This document shows positions 12,427 through 24,339 of a stretch of DNA of 32,332 bases, piece by piece. Every line of letters starts with the position of its first letter. Positions within the stretch are counted from its first letter, which is position 1. Source of the stretch: Vicugna vicugna. Its lineage: Eukaryota. The stretch spans positions 747,235 to 779,566 of the forward strand of contig MU058584.1 of assembly GCA_013265495.1 (NCBI GenBank), in the 5' to 3' direction. The notes beneath the pieces are model-generated. The model was not told where the DNA came from. It saw nothing but the letters and a program-made list of their open reading frames with translations, and did no database searches. Both the position numbers and the translations under genes were made by a program.

Positions 12427-13465
12427 CTTTTTTTTTTTAACATTTTTTATTGATTTATAACCATTTTGCAATGTTGTGTCAAATTCCAGTGTAGAGCACA
12501 ATTTTTCAGTTATGCATGAACATATGTATAGTCATTGTCACATTTTTTTCCCTCTGTGAGCTACCATAAGATCTTGTATATATTTCCCTGTGCTATACAG
12601 TACAATCTTGTTTATCTATTCTACATTTTGAAATCCCAATCTATCCCTTTCCACCCCCCGCCCCCTTGGCAACCACAAGTTTGTATTCTATGTCTATGAG
12701 TCTGTTTCTGTTTTGTATTTATGTTTTGTTTGTTTGTTTTTTATTTTAGATTCCACATATGAGCGATCTTATATGGTATTTTTCTTTCTCTTTCTGGCTT
12801 ACTTCACTTAGAATGACATTCTCAAGGAACATCCATGTTGCTGCAAATGGCATTTTGTTGTCAGTTTTTATGGCTGAATAGTATTCCATTGTATAAAAAT
12901 GCCACATCTTCTTTACCCAGTCATCTGTTGATGGACATTTAGGCTGTTTCCATGTCTTGGCTATTGTAAATAGTGCTGCTATGAACATTGGGATGCAGGT
13001 GTCTTTTTGAAGTAGGGTTCCTTCTGGATATATGCCCAGGAGCGGGATTCCTGGGTCATATGGTAAGTCTATTCCTAGTCTTTTGAGGACTCTCCATACC
13101 GTTTTCCACAGTGGCCGCACCAAACTGCATTCCCAGCAGCAGTGTAGGAGGGTTCCCTTTTCTCCACAGCCTCTCCAGCATTTGTCATTTATGGATTTTT
13201 GAATGATGGCCATTCTGACTGGTGTGAGATGATACCTCATTGTAGTTTTGATTTGCATTTCTCTGATAATTAGTGATATTGAGCATTTTTTCATGTGCCT
13301 TTTGATCATTTGTATGTCTTCCTTGGAGAATTTCTTGTTTAGGTCTTCTGCCCATTTTTGGATTGGGTTGTTTGTCTTTTTCTTACTAAGTTATATGAGC
13401 TACTTATATATTCTGGAGATCAAGCCTTTGTTGGTTTCATTTGCAAAAATTTTCTCCCATTCTGT
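12427..13465 (-). mobile_element. Young 5'-truncated LINE-1 (ORF2 C-terminus, 3'UTR, polyA), antisense to UAP1
   Basis: ORF 12746..13309(-) is the L1 ORF2 C-terminus with the cysteine-rich [18 protein letters not shown] motif. PolyT at ~12428-12438. TSD AGCTTGGAGGTA at 12415-12426 and 13466-13477. Confidence 0.95.
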
Positions 13466-14034
13466 AGCTTGGAGGTATTTTGAAAGAATGGAAGCAAGGA
13501 TGCTGAGTTTTGACAAAATGACATTATTTTAATTTTTCACCCTAACATCTGCTCAACAGTGTTGGCTACCAAAAAGCTGCGGGACTGAAGAACTGGGAGA
13601 CAGCACTGTGAGGGGCTTATTTCCCATCTCTTGAGGTTTTACGTTTAGTGATGGTTGCTCCTATCTTTCCTCCTCCCGGGCATCCAGCTTTGTTTATTAA
13701 AGTTGACTTTCTCAGTTTCTTGGGGCATCTTTGTGTTACTAGAAAGAAAGTTACATTTAGATCAGCTACGTGTTCCTTGGCTTCTGATCCCGGCACATCA
13801 AATCCTTCAGGGGGTCAGGTAGGACTGGGCTACATACATATTATTAGTGGAGTGGGTCTTCAATTTTGCTGTTTGATTTTACATGACTGAGCTGCTCTAG
13901 AGCATCTGGATCAGCTCTCTTGAGCTCTTTTGATAGAATCTGACAGATGTCTACATCTCTGGCTGGAGAGATAAGTGCTTCACCTTTTAATTTGTCTTTT
14001 ATCTGAATTAGTCTGCTGTCCACCTCCTCTTACA

Positions 14035-14545
14035 GTTCATTTACTCATTCAGCCAATAAGCATCTGTAGGTCCCGCACACAGACCCACAGGTACTGTTAG
14101 TATCCCCGTCACTGCAGTAGTTTACACAAGAGAAATGTGATTTCTTAGAGCCTGCTGGAGGTCCAGGATGCACATGCATGAAAGTTAGGTAACATAATCA
14201 GGCAGCATATATTTACGTGTTAAATATGTGGTATAAATAGTAGTCACCCTAGGAGACAGGGACTTCTCAGATGTCTAATTTATTTACTTACTTTTTGTAT
14301 AAATAAATGAATGAAAGTAATCAATCACTATGAAATGCAGTAGTCAAAGGAAGGCTGGGGCTTGAGTGAAATCTTGAAGGATGGGTATGATTTGGATAGT
14401 CAGAGGGACTAGAAGGTTGAGAATGACTTGGAATAAGCCAGAGTGGGTGCAGCTGGCCCGGTGTGAGTGGCAAGTAGCAGGACAAGTAGGTTGAAGTATG
14501 GTATAGAGCACCTTGAAGGCTTAGCTGAAAGGTTCTGTTCAGAGG
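14035..14545 (-). mobile_element. Degenerate L2 fragments
   Basis: Starts ttcatttactcattcagccaataagcat and contains purine-rich L2 motifs (gagtgaaatcttgaaggatgggtatgatttgga). Confidence 0.5.
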
Positions 14546-14996
14546 AAGACTGAGTGTGGCTAAACTCAGAAGCCCTTGATTTTATCGACTCCACCAAAGC
14601 TTCAGACTACGTATTTGGTAAAACAAAGGAGGGCTATGGTCTGAGGCTGCAAGACACTAGATTTTTGTCTGCCCCATATCTTATTGGTAAAATTCTTAAA
14701 ATGGTGAAAAACTTAGAGATCTGATGACTTCAAACATACTAAAAATACTATTGACTTTTGTATTAGAAAATTAGAAACTGAGGATTATAAGTGGCTGTAA
14801 ATGTTAGAATGTGACCTAGAGGAAGCAAGTGGTGACTTCAGCCTCGCCTTCTCTAGGATACATTCTCTTTAAAAGGGGACTTTGGCGAAAGTAACAGCTA
14901 AACATCTTGAAACACTGAATAAATCATCTCAGCTAATCTAGGTTTGGGCTGTACAGACAGACATTTCCTGGGAAATAATTTAACTCCCGTTTAGAG

Positions 14997-15213
14997 CAGT
15001 ACTATCTAATAAGAGTCTTCTGCAGTGAAGGAAATGTTCTGTATCTGTGCTGTCCAGTTTGGTAGTCATTAGCTATTCATGGCTACTGAGCACTTGAAAT
15101 GTTATTATGACTGAGGATCTGAGTTTTAAATTTTTAATTAATTTAAGAAATTTTAATTAATCTAAGTTTAAGTAACCATCTGTGGCCAGTGACCACTGTA
15201 TTGGGCAGTGCAG
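14997..15213. mobile_element. MER3 (hAT-Charlie non-autonomous element)
   Basis: Matches recalled MER3 consensus (ttctgcagtgaaggaaatgttctgtatctgtgctgtcca..tggctactgagcacttgaaatgt). Degenerate 8-bp TSD gtttagag/ctttagaa. Confidence 0.85.
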
Positions 15214-15662
15214 CTTTAGAATATTTGTCATCATCAGTACCTGACACGCAAGATTGTGGCAAGGAGTGAAATGAAATACAAAGGATGCAGCGTGTGTCTA
15301 GTGGTGAGCCTGGAGCAGTGTATGCTCCATAAATAGTCCCTTATTTATCAAATTAAAATTTGGAAGTGACCAAAAATGAGATGTACATTAGGGGGTAAGT
15401 GTGTCAATATTGGTGAAGTACTTCGAAGAGCTGCTGGTAACCACTGGGCACGTACCCCAGATACTGTCTTTTCGACCATAACGATTTTGGATTAACTTCA
15501 TCCTTGGGGAATTTAGTAATCATGAGGGTAGGATCTGTTCTATTTATTTAGGAGAGTTTTGCTACCTACAGGATTCTTAGAGAGAGCTTATAGCCTGTAT
15601 TTTCACTCTGGCAAGTAGCATGGGAAGCTGAATCTTTAACACGTCTGATTTTTTTCCCTTAG

Positions 15663-15729
15663 TTTGAAGGATGCCAATGATGTCCCAATCCAGTGTGAAA
15701 TCTCTCCTCTTATCTCCTATGCTGGGGAA
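15663..15729 (+). CDS. UAP1: UAP1 penultimate exon: LKDANDVPIQCEISPLISYAGE
   Basis: tttttttcccttAG acceptor (15661-15662) and GAA|GTAAGT donor. Contains the EISPLISYAGE motif. Confidence 0.97.
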
Positions 15730-16519
15730 GTAAGTTTGCTTTGCTTTTTTCCCTATTCATTTAGAAGTGGGCTTGTGATATTGTTCTTTGTTGAAGTGGA
15801 GCGTACCCTTAGAGAAGATGCAGCATTTTCCAAAGGCCCTGCCCTGGAGCGCAGCCTGGGAATGAGCCAAGAGCATCCTTCCTTCTGGGCATTCCTGTTT
15901 TGGCTTTGCATCCGTCGCATAAGTGGGTTAGCTGCCGTGAACAGAAGGTTTAATGTTTGTTCCATTTCGTTGACACATTGAAATGCACTGGGCTTCTAAA
16001 CAGTCAGCATTGTTTTTAGATAAATCACCTGGCCCTGTTTTACTGCAGTGTAATTTTTCTTCTCAGTGGGCTTATTTTGTTCATACCCTTAGTACTCTCA
16101 CTTTTAAAACCGGGGGATTTAGCAGCTCCTGCTATTCTAATATGTAATTTTTTTTTTTTTGGAGATCCTTGTCAGATCGTTTAGTTCTAGCATCAGAAAT
16201 AGCTACCTTGCTTACTTAGAATGTTAACTCCGTTGGGTAATGATTATAGGGAGAATTGCTATCATCTTATTAACTTTAAAAATTGTATTATCAGAATAAT
16301 TTTCCTCTTTCGTTGTTTCTTTTATGCTTCCATAAATAAATCATTAAGCCCAGTTTAAAAAGTATACTAAGTAGATTTTTAATTGACTTTAAATTCTGTA
16401 CCTCAACCCAACTTTTGGCAGTTTTGCTTTATTATCATTATTATGACCACTAAGTCCAGCATTGCATGACTAGTGTCCACCAGTTTTCTGAGTATGTTTC
16501 ATTTCAACCCTTCTTTTAG

Positions 16520-16612
16520 GGACTGGAAAGTTACGTGGCAGATAAAGAATTCCATGCACCTTTAATCATTGATGAGAATGGAGTCCATGAGCTGGTGAAG
16601 AATGGTATATGA
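16520..16612 (+). CDS. UAP1: UAP1 last coding exon: [30 protein letters not shown]
   Basis: cccttcttttAG acceptor (16518-16519), 30 codons, then TGA at 16610-16612. Matches the recalled UAP1 C-terminus. Confidence 0.96.
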   Translation, partial: GLESYVADKEFHAPLIIDENGVHELVKNGI

Positions 16613-17100
16613 ACCAGATACCAAGTTCCACCACCACAAGAAGAGCTTTTATTTTTGATAGACCGACTGTGAACCTACAGGACCCCTCCTAGAATACTCA
16701 AGTTTGAACGTCCACAGGCTTTCATTTTGCTTGTTGAACTCTTGTCACTACTGCTCTGCCCCAAGATCCAGACAACTGAACTTCAGAAAGCATTTTTATG
16801 ATTCTCAACTCATTGAAGGTCTTATTTATATTTTTCAATTGTATAATTTTTTTTCAAGCTAATGAAAACATTGGCCATGTAGGAAATTTCCCACAGCTGA
16901 AGTAGAGTCAGGGTGTTCAACCTCACTTTACTTGGAGCTGGAAGCGTTTGTTTTTGAAGTTGTACATAGTAATAATATGTCATTGTACATGTTGAAAGGT
17001 TTCTATGGTACTAAAAGTTTGTTTTATTTTATCAAAAATCAAATTTTTTTAAGAAAATAATCAGACAGTAAAATAAACTTTCTTCTTGTCTCTGCAGTGT
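16613..17100 (+). other. UAP1: UAP1 3'UTR (end approximate)
   Basis: Follows the stop codon, is U-rich, and ends shortly after AATAAA at 17072. Confidence 0.75.
17072..17077 (+). terminator. Polyadenylation signal AATAAA of UAP1
   Basis: Canonical hexamer ~460 nt after the stop. TGTA (CFIm) motifs lie upstream at 16961 and 16984, and U/GU-rich sequence lies downstream. Confidence 0.75.
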
Positions 17101-17265
17101 CATTTGTACCTTGAGGAAATTATTCCATTGGGAAAAATGAAACTTCAGAGAAACTCTGAGATAATGCGAAAAAACAAATTGATACTTCTGGAAGATTGCA
17201 GAGTCATAGTTTTTTCTTTTTTAATGAATATCTAACTTGGGACTTTATTCTCTATCACTTTACAA

Positions 17266-17478
17266 TAGTGGCTCTCAACCAGAGATGCTTTTGCCCTCCT
17301 CCAAGGGACATTTGACAGTGTCTGGAGACACTTTTTGTTGTGCTGAGAGAGTGGGTTGGTAGTACTGGCTCCTAGTGAACAGGGATCAGGGATGCTGCTA
17401 CCCGTCCTGCAGTGCACGGGACACCTTCCTTTAAAGAAGAATTGTCTGGCCCCCACCATCAAGGTTAAAAAATCATTG
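17266..17478. mobile_element. MER20 (hAT-Charlie)
   Basis: agtggctctcaacc..ttttgccc..gggacatttg.cagtgtctggagaca.ttttg..agggatgctgcta..cctgcagtgcac.ggaca. Confidence 0.85.
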
Positions 17479-19558
17479 GTTTCATATCATTGGTTTATTC
17501 CCATTTGCCTAAATACTTGGTAGCACTTAGGAATTCAAAAGAATATAATTCCTGCATTTTCCCAGGCAACTTAATCACTACCATTCGAGTTCTGTTTTGC
17601 GGTTTTCAGCTAGAGGATTAAAAAGACAAAGGTGGTTCTTTAAATGGGCCATAGATCCATTGGTCATTAGTAAGGGTTCTCTGTCTAAAATGTAGTTTGC
17701 GTGAAAGTATTGAGCTTTATAAATGTGCTTTATATAACATTTAAGTATTGACTTTAAGCATAAAAATTGACATCTGGATAAATAAAAAAATTTTTAAATT
17801 AATTCCAGAGAAGAGATTAGTAAATTTTATTTTCCACTGATAAGTTGTCACAGGATAGAATGTTATAGATGGATAGGTCTTTTGTTCTCTAAAGGTACAA
17901 AATTTAAGGATCACTTTCTAAAGAATATACTATACTTACATCTATTTAAATTTTTTGTATACTAAGGCTTAAATAGTATGTCTAGCATTTTTCTATTTTA
18001 TTTCAATAACAGTGTGATTTTGCTATTGTTATCCATTCCATTTCTCAAAAGGATGTGAGGTTTGAGTTCTTCATCAGAACAAGCTACAATGGACTGTGAG
18101 GACAGAACTGCAGTTTTTAGCACCTGAATGGTATGCATTATTTCCTTTTTTTTTTGAGCCTTCATCTACTATTTCCTCTTTCCCTCCCTTTAAGATCATA
18201 CTGGTAATGCCAGGGAAGGGTAGGACTGGCCCCGCGGTATTGTGGTAGTGGTTTTATCAGAGAGGAGCAGTGGCTGGGGAACACTGGGTGCATTAAGGGC
18301 AAAGAGTCTGGGAGATTCTGAGCTTTGAAATTATGAGGTGATAGCATTAGGTACCTCAAGTCCTTGTTATTTATTCTAATTCAGCAAATATAGAATTGGG
18401 TAAAAATGTTTATTAAAATATGAATTAGAATCACTAATTCTATCAACAGTGTGATAGAATTTATATGAGTGTTAGTAATCAGTGAATTTGATCAAGGTCA
18501 CCCTTGTTATGTGTCAGTAACTTTGTTGATGGTTGCAAATGAATGTATAAACTTAACAGAGTGTGATATTTTAATATTTGATTTTTTGTTCCTCAGTTTC
18601 CCTCTTGGTTCTCAAAATTGATTGTTTTGAGATCTAAAAAAGAATTATTAACGACATCTATAGAAGATGAACAAAAAGAATTCCATTTTCAATTTCTAAC
18701 CTTTCTATTCCTGGAAGTTTGGGCTGTTACCGGTAACATGTGATTTCATTTCTAAGCCTAACTTACTATCTCCAATGTTTCCTCTTGATAATTCATCATG
18801 GTACAGTCAGATCTCAGTTACCCAGGTAAAAAACAAGGAAAAAATCGTACATAACCCATAAGGGTGACTGAAACACAAATCATTCAGTTGTCTTGGAAAT
18901 CTGGTTTTCCTCTGACTGAGAGTAATGCTTTTGCAGTTGACGACCCTCTTTAGAGCCCCGGTTTAAGAAAAGCATGTTGGGAAGTGATGAATGAATGAGT
19001 CAGCCAGTGAAGGCTGAGTGCCTGTCACATGTCCAGCCCTATCAGGGGATTAAAAAGTGTAACGTAGAGCCTTTTCCTTGCAAAGCTTGCATTCTACTTG
19101 AGGAGATAAAATTAACCAGCTTAAAACACTGGAAAGAGAATTTAGTACTAAAATGTGAGGAATGGAAAGTACAGTAACCGTTAAAGGTCACCTTTATGAC
19201 CTGGAGTTTGGTGTGGCAGAACTCCTCAACAAAGAACCGCATCATTCTGAAAGTGGAGCTGTTTCCTCCTCAAATTGGGCTCAGAGGTTTCCGTTCTAAC
19301 AAGAAACTGTACCTCAATAATTTTAACCTGTATTATGAAAAATCAGTGAGGTTTTTAGTAATCAGAACCCTGTTTTGCCCTTAGTAAGCACACAAATGGT
19401 TTAACTCTGATTTATTGAATTTAATTGCCTTAAAATGCAAATGTGTGCTGTGGTTTAGAAATGGATTGTTAAGGGGGGATATTATTCTGGGGAGAAAGAG
19501 TCACTTATTACATGAAGTTGCCAGGTTACACCCAAGTTATAGGTTAATTAGATAATCT

Positions 19559-19708
19559 AAGTGATTTTCTAAGTGTGCTCCCCTGATCAGGTACATCAGT
19601 ATCCCCTGGAAACTTCTTTGAAATGTAAATTTTCAGAATTGCTGCATTACACATTTGAGACAAGCCCTCCAGGTGATTCTGATGCACACTGAAGTTGGAG
19701 AACCGCTG
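19559..19708. mobile_element. MER5A-like hAT MITE
   Basis: acaagccctccaggtgattctgatgcacactgaagttggagaaccgctg terminus. Confidence 0.8.
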
Positions 19709-19947
19709 TGGTAGGAGAATTTGAGATGGCTAATCAAGTGCAAGGATGGTACAAAAAGAGAACATAAATTAGGAGAAGAAACAGAGAGACCAGTGTTTCT
19801 AGAAAAAGAATAGTTAAGCCAGAAACTGAATAGAGATGTCCTTTGTAAGCTTTATTCTTTAAAATACCAAGGGAATGTACTGACACTGGTAAAAGAATGG
19901 AGGATGGAATTAGCAAGATCTGACCAGGACAGTTGTAATTGCTAGAA

Positions 19948-20108
19948 CAGTGGTTTTCAAACCCTTTAGATTCAATGAACCACTTGGAGAGATTTAAGAA
20001 AAACATACCCCAATCCTAGAGATTATGATTCTCAGTCTGGTAGGAGGCCTGGCTAATTTATAAAAGCGTTAGGTGATTCCAAAGGGCAGTTAGGAGTGAG
20101 AATCCCTG
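19948..20108. mobile_element. MER5-like hAT MITE
   Basis: Imperfect terminal inverted repeats cagtggttttcaaac ... gagtgagaatccctg, with an internal ggtgattc motif. Confidence 0.6.
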
Positions 20109-21374
20109 ACTTGGAGATGTAGCCTTAGTTTAGAAGTGAACCACCAAAGGTGAGAGGGGAGAAGTTTGAATGTGTTCTGGCTTTGAAAAATTAGGCAAGG
20201 AGGGGCAAAGAGTGAAGATGATTTCACTTGAGAAGAACAACACAAACAGGACGGCCAGGTGGGGCCAGAAACAAGCGTTCTGGAGATGATTCCATTTTGC
20301 AGATAATCTCAGTCTGCTGGAAAAGAACCACCTTCTAAATTTTATCCCTCTTTGACTCATAGCGTTTCCTAGAACAAGGGGTGGTAGGGGACAAGAGAAA
20401 GCTAATGCATAATTTGGTTTAAAAATATTATGTTTCAGGCTGAATGAGCAGTAAAAAAGTAAAATGATGTGTTAAGGTGGTGATATTATGGGTGGCTTTT
20501 TTTTTCTCTCCATTAAGTTTTGGATAATTCATTCTTACTAATTTTATGATAAAAAGTTTTACCTTTTATGAAGGCGCAAAGGATAAATAAACCAAGGGTA
20601 TTCACATTAACCAGTTAGGTACAACTGTGAGAGAACTTGGAAATAAAATTGGCCATGGTGAAGTTGGGGGAATGTAAACATACCTTCAGATAATGGAGTG
20701 TTGACAGTGCCCCATCGAGGTGTAAGGCAGCGTGGTCTCCATATGCTCTCACCTCTGCTCTTGGGCATTGTTTGTTTGAGAAATATGGTAATTTCAGAGG
20801 GATATATGAAGCAAATGTACTGCATTTGTATGTATCAAGGTAATGCTGTTGGAGTTAAAGGCTTTCTGCAGGAGGCTTAATGTGAGTCCTCTGATATAAT
20901 AAATGAACTCAGTATTATGCCCTCTTAAAGACAAGGGGCCTGCCTGTTAGGCCTGCCAGAAGCTCAGTGAGTCAGTGGCGACACCAAATATGTTTATATA
21001 GACGCCGTGTTTTCGAAGTTCTGAACAAAGATAGCAGGACAACGTAAGAACAAAGTCTATCATTATAACTTGATGACTCATTGTTTCCACATCAGTTCTT
21101 TTATTTCTATCTCAGTAATTCTACTTCTCAGGAAATATTCGTTTGCACATTTTCTTCTGGTGGTCAAAGTTTTTTTTTTTTTAACAAGATGATGTGTAGA
21201 ACTCATAATGTATGTATTTTATACGATAAAATATATAACATATGAATAAGATTGAGATGAGACTTGATAGAGTTCCTTTTAAAGTTTAAAATTTCTCCTA
21301 ATTCATATACTTTTAAAAGCTTTGAAATTGAAAGAAGGAAGATTGAATCTCATGAACATAGAAAGTGAGTAATT

Positions 21375-21620
21375 AGACAATAACTATGCCCAACATCGTA
21401 TTATAGTGCTTACCCACGAGCCAGGCATCACATTAAGCATGTTATGTACATTATCTCATCTAATCCTTACTGCTTTCCTATGAGGTGAGAGCTCTTATTG
21501 TTTAATCCGTAAGGAAACCGAGACTTTGAGGTTATGTAAATTGTTGAAGATTATAAACCTCGTAAAAAGCAAAGCTGGGACGTGAACCCAAGAGTCTGAA
21601 TCCAGAGACCCACACTCTTT
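21375..21620 (-). mobile_element. MIR SINE
   Basis: Reverse complement of the MIR core (cattatctcatctaatcct..ctatgagg..aggaaaccgagact..gaggtt..gtaaattg). Confidence 0.8.
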
Positions 21621-21629
21621 TGTTAATTT

Positions 21630-23900
21630 TTTTATTTAAAATTTTCAAACAAAAATTAAAAACAATAGTAGGAAACAGAATAATGACCCTCTGTCACTTA
21701 ATTTCTAACCGTTAACATTGGCTTCCCACCCCCACACCCCCATTGAATTACTTTAAAATTAATTCTACATACCTACATATTGGAATAATACTTAAGATTA
21801 TTATCTAAGAGAGAATCCTGTTATATATAACACCTTACAAACTTTAATAATAATTTTTTAATATCATCTGCCATTGACTGGATGTTTGTGTCCTCCCAAA
21901 ATTCCTGTGTTGAACGCTAACTCTCAATGGGATAATATTAGGAGGTGGGGAGGCGATTAGGTCATGGAGGTGGAGCCCTCATGAATAGGATTATTGCTGT
22001 CATTAAAGAGACCCCAGAGAGTTCCCATACCCCTTCTGCCCTATGAGGACACAGTGACAAGATGGCTATTCATCTATGAACCAGTAAGTGGAAACTCACC
22101 AGACACCAAATCTGCCAGCACCTTGATCTTAGACTTGCCAGCCTCCAGAAATGTGAAAAATAAGTTTGTGTTCTTCATAAGTCATGCAGTCCATGACATT
22201 TTTGTCATAGCAGCCTGAACGGTTGGAGACATCATCTAGTATCCAGCCATTGTTCAGATTTCCCCAAATATCATATATATATCTGTTTAATATTGATTTG
22301 TTTGAATCATGTTTTAATTCATTTCATTTATTGCCTTTGACTGTTTTGTCTCTTAAGTGGTTTTTAACCTATGCAGATATCCTCCTCCCTCTTTGTTTTT
22401 TTTTAATATTTATTTGTTGGAAAAAAACTGGTTATTTTTCCAGTGTCGTTTTGTAGATTTTGGATTTCATTTTCATGATGTCCTTTAACATTTCCCTCTA
22501 TCTTCCATATTTCTGAAAACTGTAGCTGAATCTGAGATTTGATCAGATTTAGGCTCTTTTTAAAAATTTTTTTGATAAAAAATACTTCAAAGATGATTCT
22601 GCATACTTCTGATTGAATTTCATTAGAAGGCACGTAATTGTCTTTCTCTTTGTGATGTTAAGATTAACTAGTGTTTTTAATTTAGGTATTGCCAACCTGA
22701 TCCAGCCATTGTAAAATTCCCTATGAACCTTTCACTTACTGTCTTAGCAGCTACTGATGATTATTTCCTAGAGCCATTATTTCATCAGGGGCCGAAAGGT
22801 AGAGATTTTATTACTATTTCTTTTGTATTTATTAGCAATCATTCTTTGCAAAGAAAGAATTTCCATTATTTGATTATCTAAAGCAGTAGAAGTGCTTGAT
22901 TCTTTCCCTTTACCAGTTTCCAGAATAATGAGTTGTGCCCTCGCATAATTCCAAAGGTGATCAGTTCAGTCCTGTCCAGTTCTGAGTATCATTATGAATT
23001 CGTGGATTTAAAGAAATATATTTGATGTGTTTCCATCTATTACAGTCATTTTTAGTTTGGGCCAGTGAACCCCTTCAAATTGCCTCCTGGGTTCCTCTGA
23101 CTTTGTTCTTTTGCTTTGTAGCTTCTTTGCTTCCTGGTATCACAAGATGTCTCAGGACCAACTTACATATTTCCAGCCCTACTCTAGGCAGATTTTTGGT
23201 TTTGAATACTACTTTAAATGTTTTATAAAATATATTAACTCATTTATTGTGACACATTACTTTTCTGACTTTATTTAGGGGAGATCCTTGTGATGAAAAT
23301 TAGATTTTTAAATCTGAATTTACTTGTGGGATCAAGCCTGCACTCTTGGACCAAAAGGCTGAGACCACATTCTAGAAAGAGCCAGTCCTCTCTGGGATGA
23401 GAGTATAAGAAATGACTCTAGTCAAATGTGCCAGGAGTCAGTTTCTGGGAACTGTGGCACCCACTCTTGTCTCAACATGCTCCCAGAAGCTGTGACTCAC
23501 CTAGTGCAAGTTATGTCTGAATAGTTCCTACAGACTTCACTGAGGTCACCTTCAAGTGAGACATTAAGCCCTTTAAAGAGAGAAGTGCCCGGTGGTGTCC
23601 AGCACTGGGAGGAGAGTCCAACTTGCCAAAGGAAGCCATTTCTCCAAAAAGCCTTGGTTCCTTTTAATAAGAAATGGTATTTAGATACTATAATCTAGGT
23701 TCTATTTATTGCTGGAGGTTCTAGATCCTTTTAGGGGACTGAGCTAGAAAATGCATTTTGTTTGTTGTGCAGAAGAAAAGTATGACATGAGTTTATACTC
23801 ATAATTTCAATTTTTAAAAATCAAGTCCTTTTTGACTTTATATTTGTGTCTTTTTTACCTTTAGCTAAAAATTTTGTTTCCTGACAGTCAAGGTAATTAT
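21630..23900 (-). mobile_element. Old L1ME-like 3' fragments interrupted by younger elements
   Basis: T-rich degenerate sequence resembling reverse-strand old L1 3'UTR on both sides of the MLT1A LTR. Boundaries are approximate. Confidence 0.45.
21869..22231 (+). mobile_element. MaLR solo LTR (MLT1A-like)
   Basis: TG...CA termini with a perfect 5-bp TSD TCATC (21864-21868 and 22232-22236). Typical MLT1 motifs (ggagccctcatgaat, ccagcctccagaa..tgtga..aataa, tagcagcc). Confidence 0.9.
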
Positions 23901-23915
23901 TTTCTTTATATTACC

Positions 23916-24330
23916 ATGATGGTTAATTTTATATGTCAACATGGGCAGGCCACGGTGCACAGATAACTTGGTCAAACATCATTCTGCATGTTTCTGTGAA
24001 GGTGTTTTGGGGTAAGATTAACCTTTAAATTGCTGGACTTTGAGTAAAACAGATTGCCCTTCATTACATAGGTGGGACTTGTCCAATCACTTGTAGTCCC
24101 TAATAAAACAAAGACTGACCTCTCTTGGGCAAGAAGGAATTCTGCCAGCAGATGGCCTTTCAACTTAAATTGCAATGTTGGCTCTTCCCTGGGTCTTCAG
24201 ACTGCCAGCCTCCCTTGCAAATTTTGGACATGCCAGTTTCTACAATTGCATGATGTAATTCCTTAAAACAAATCTCTCTCTCTGTGTATACATCCTGTTG
24301 GTTCTGTTTCTCTGGAGGTTAAGAGAGAAC
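23916..24330 (+). mobile_element. ERVL solo LTR (MLT2-like)
   Basis: Starts tgatggttaattttatatgtcaac, contains gagtaaa.cagattgccct, and ends cctgttggttctgtttctctggag, as in the recalled MLT2 consensus. Confidence 0.8.
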
Positions 24331-24339
24331 TAATTGGAA

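Noticed and set aside
12746..13309. 187-aa minus-strand ORF as a host gene
   Set aside because: It is the L1 ORF2 C-terminus inside a truncated insertion, with upstream in-frame stops and no promoter.
16610..16620. Stop-codon readthrough or selenocysteine at the UAP1 TGA
   Set aside because: The context is TGA-ACC, not the TGA-CTAG readthrough motif. No SECIS is evident, and the protein ends where orthologues end.
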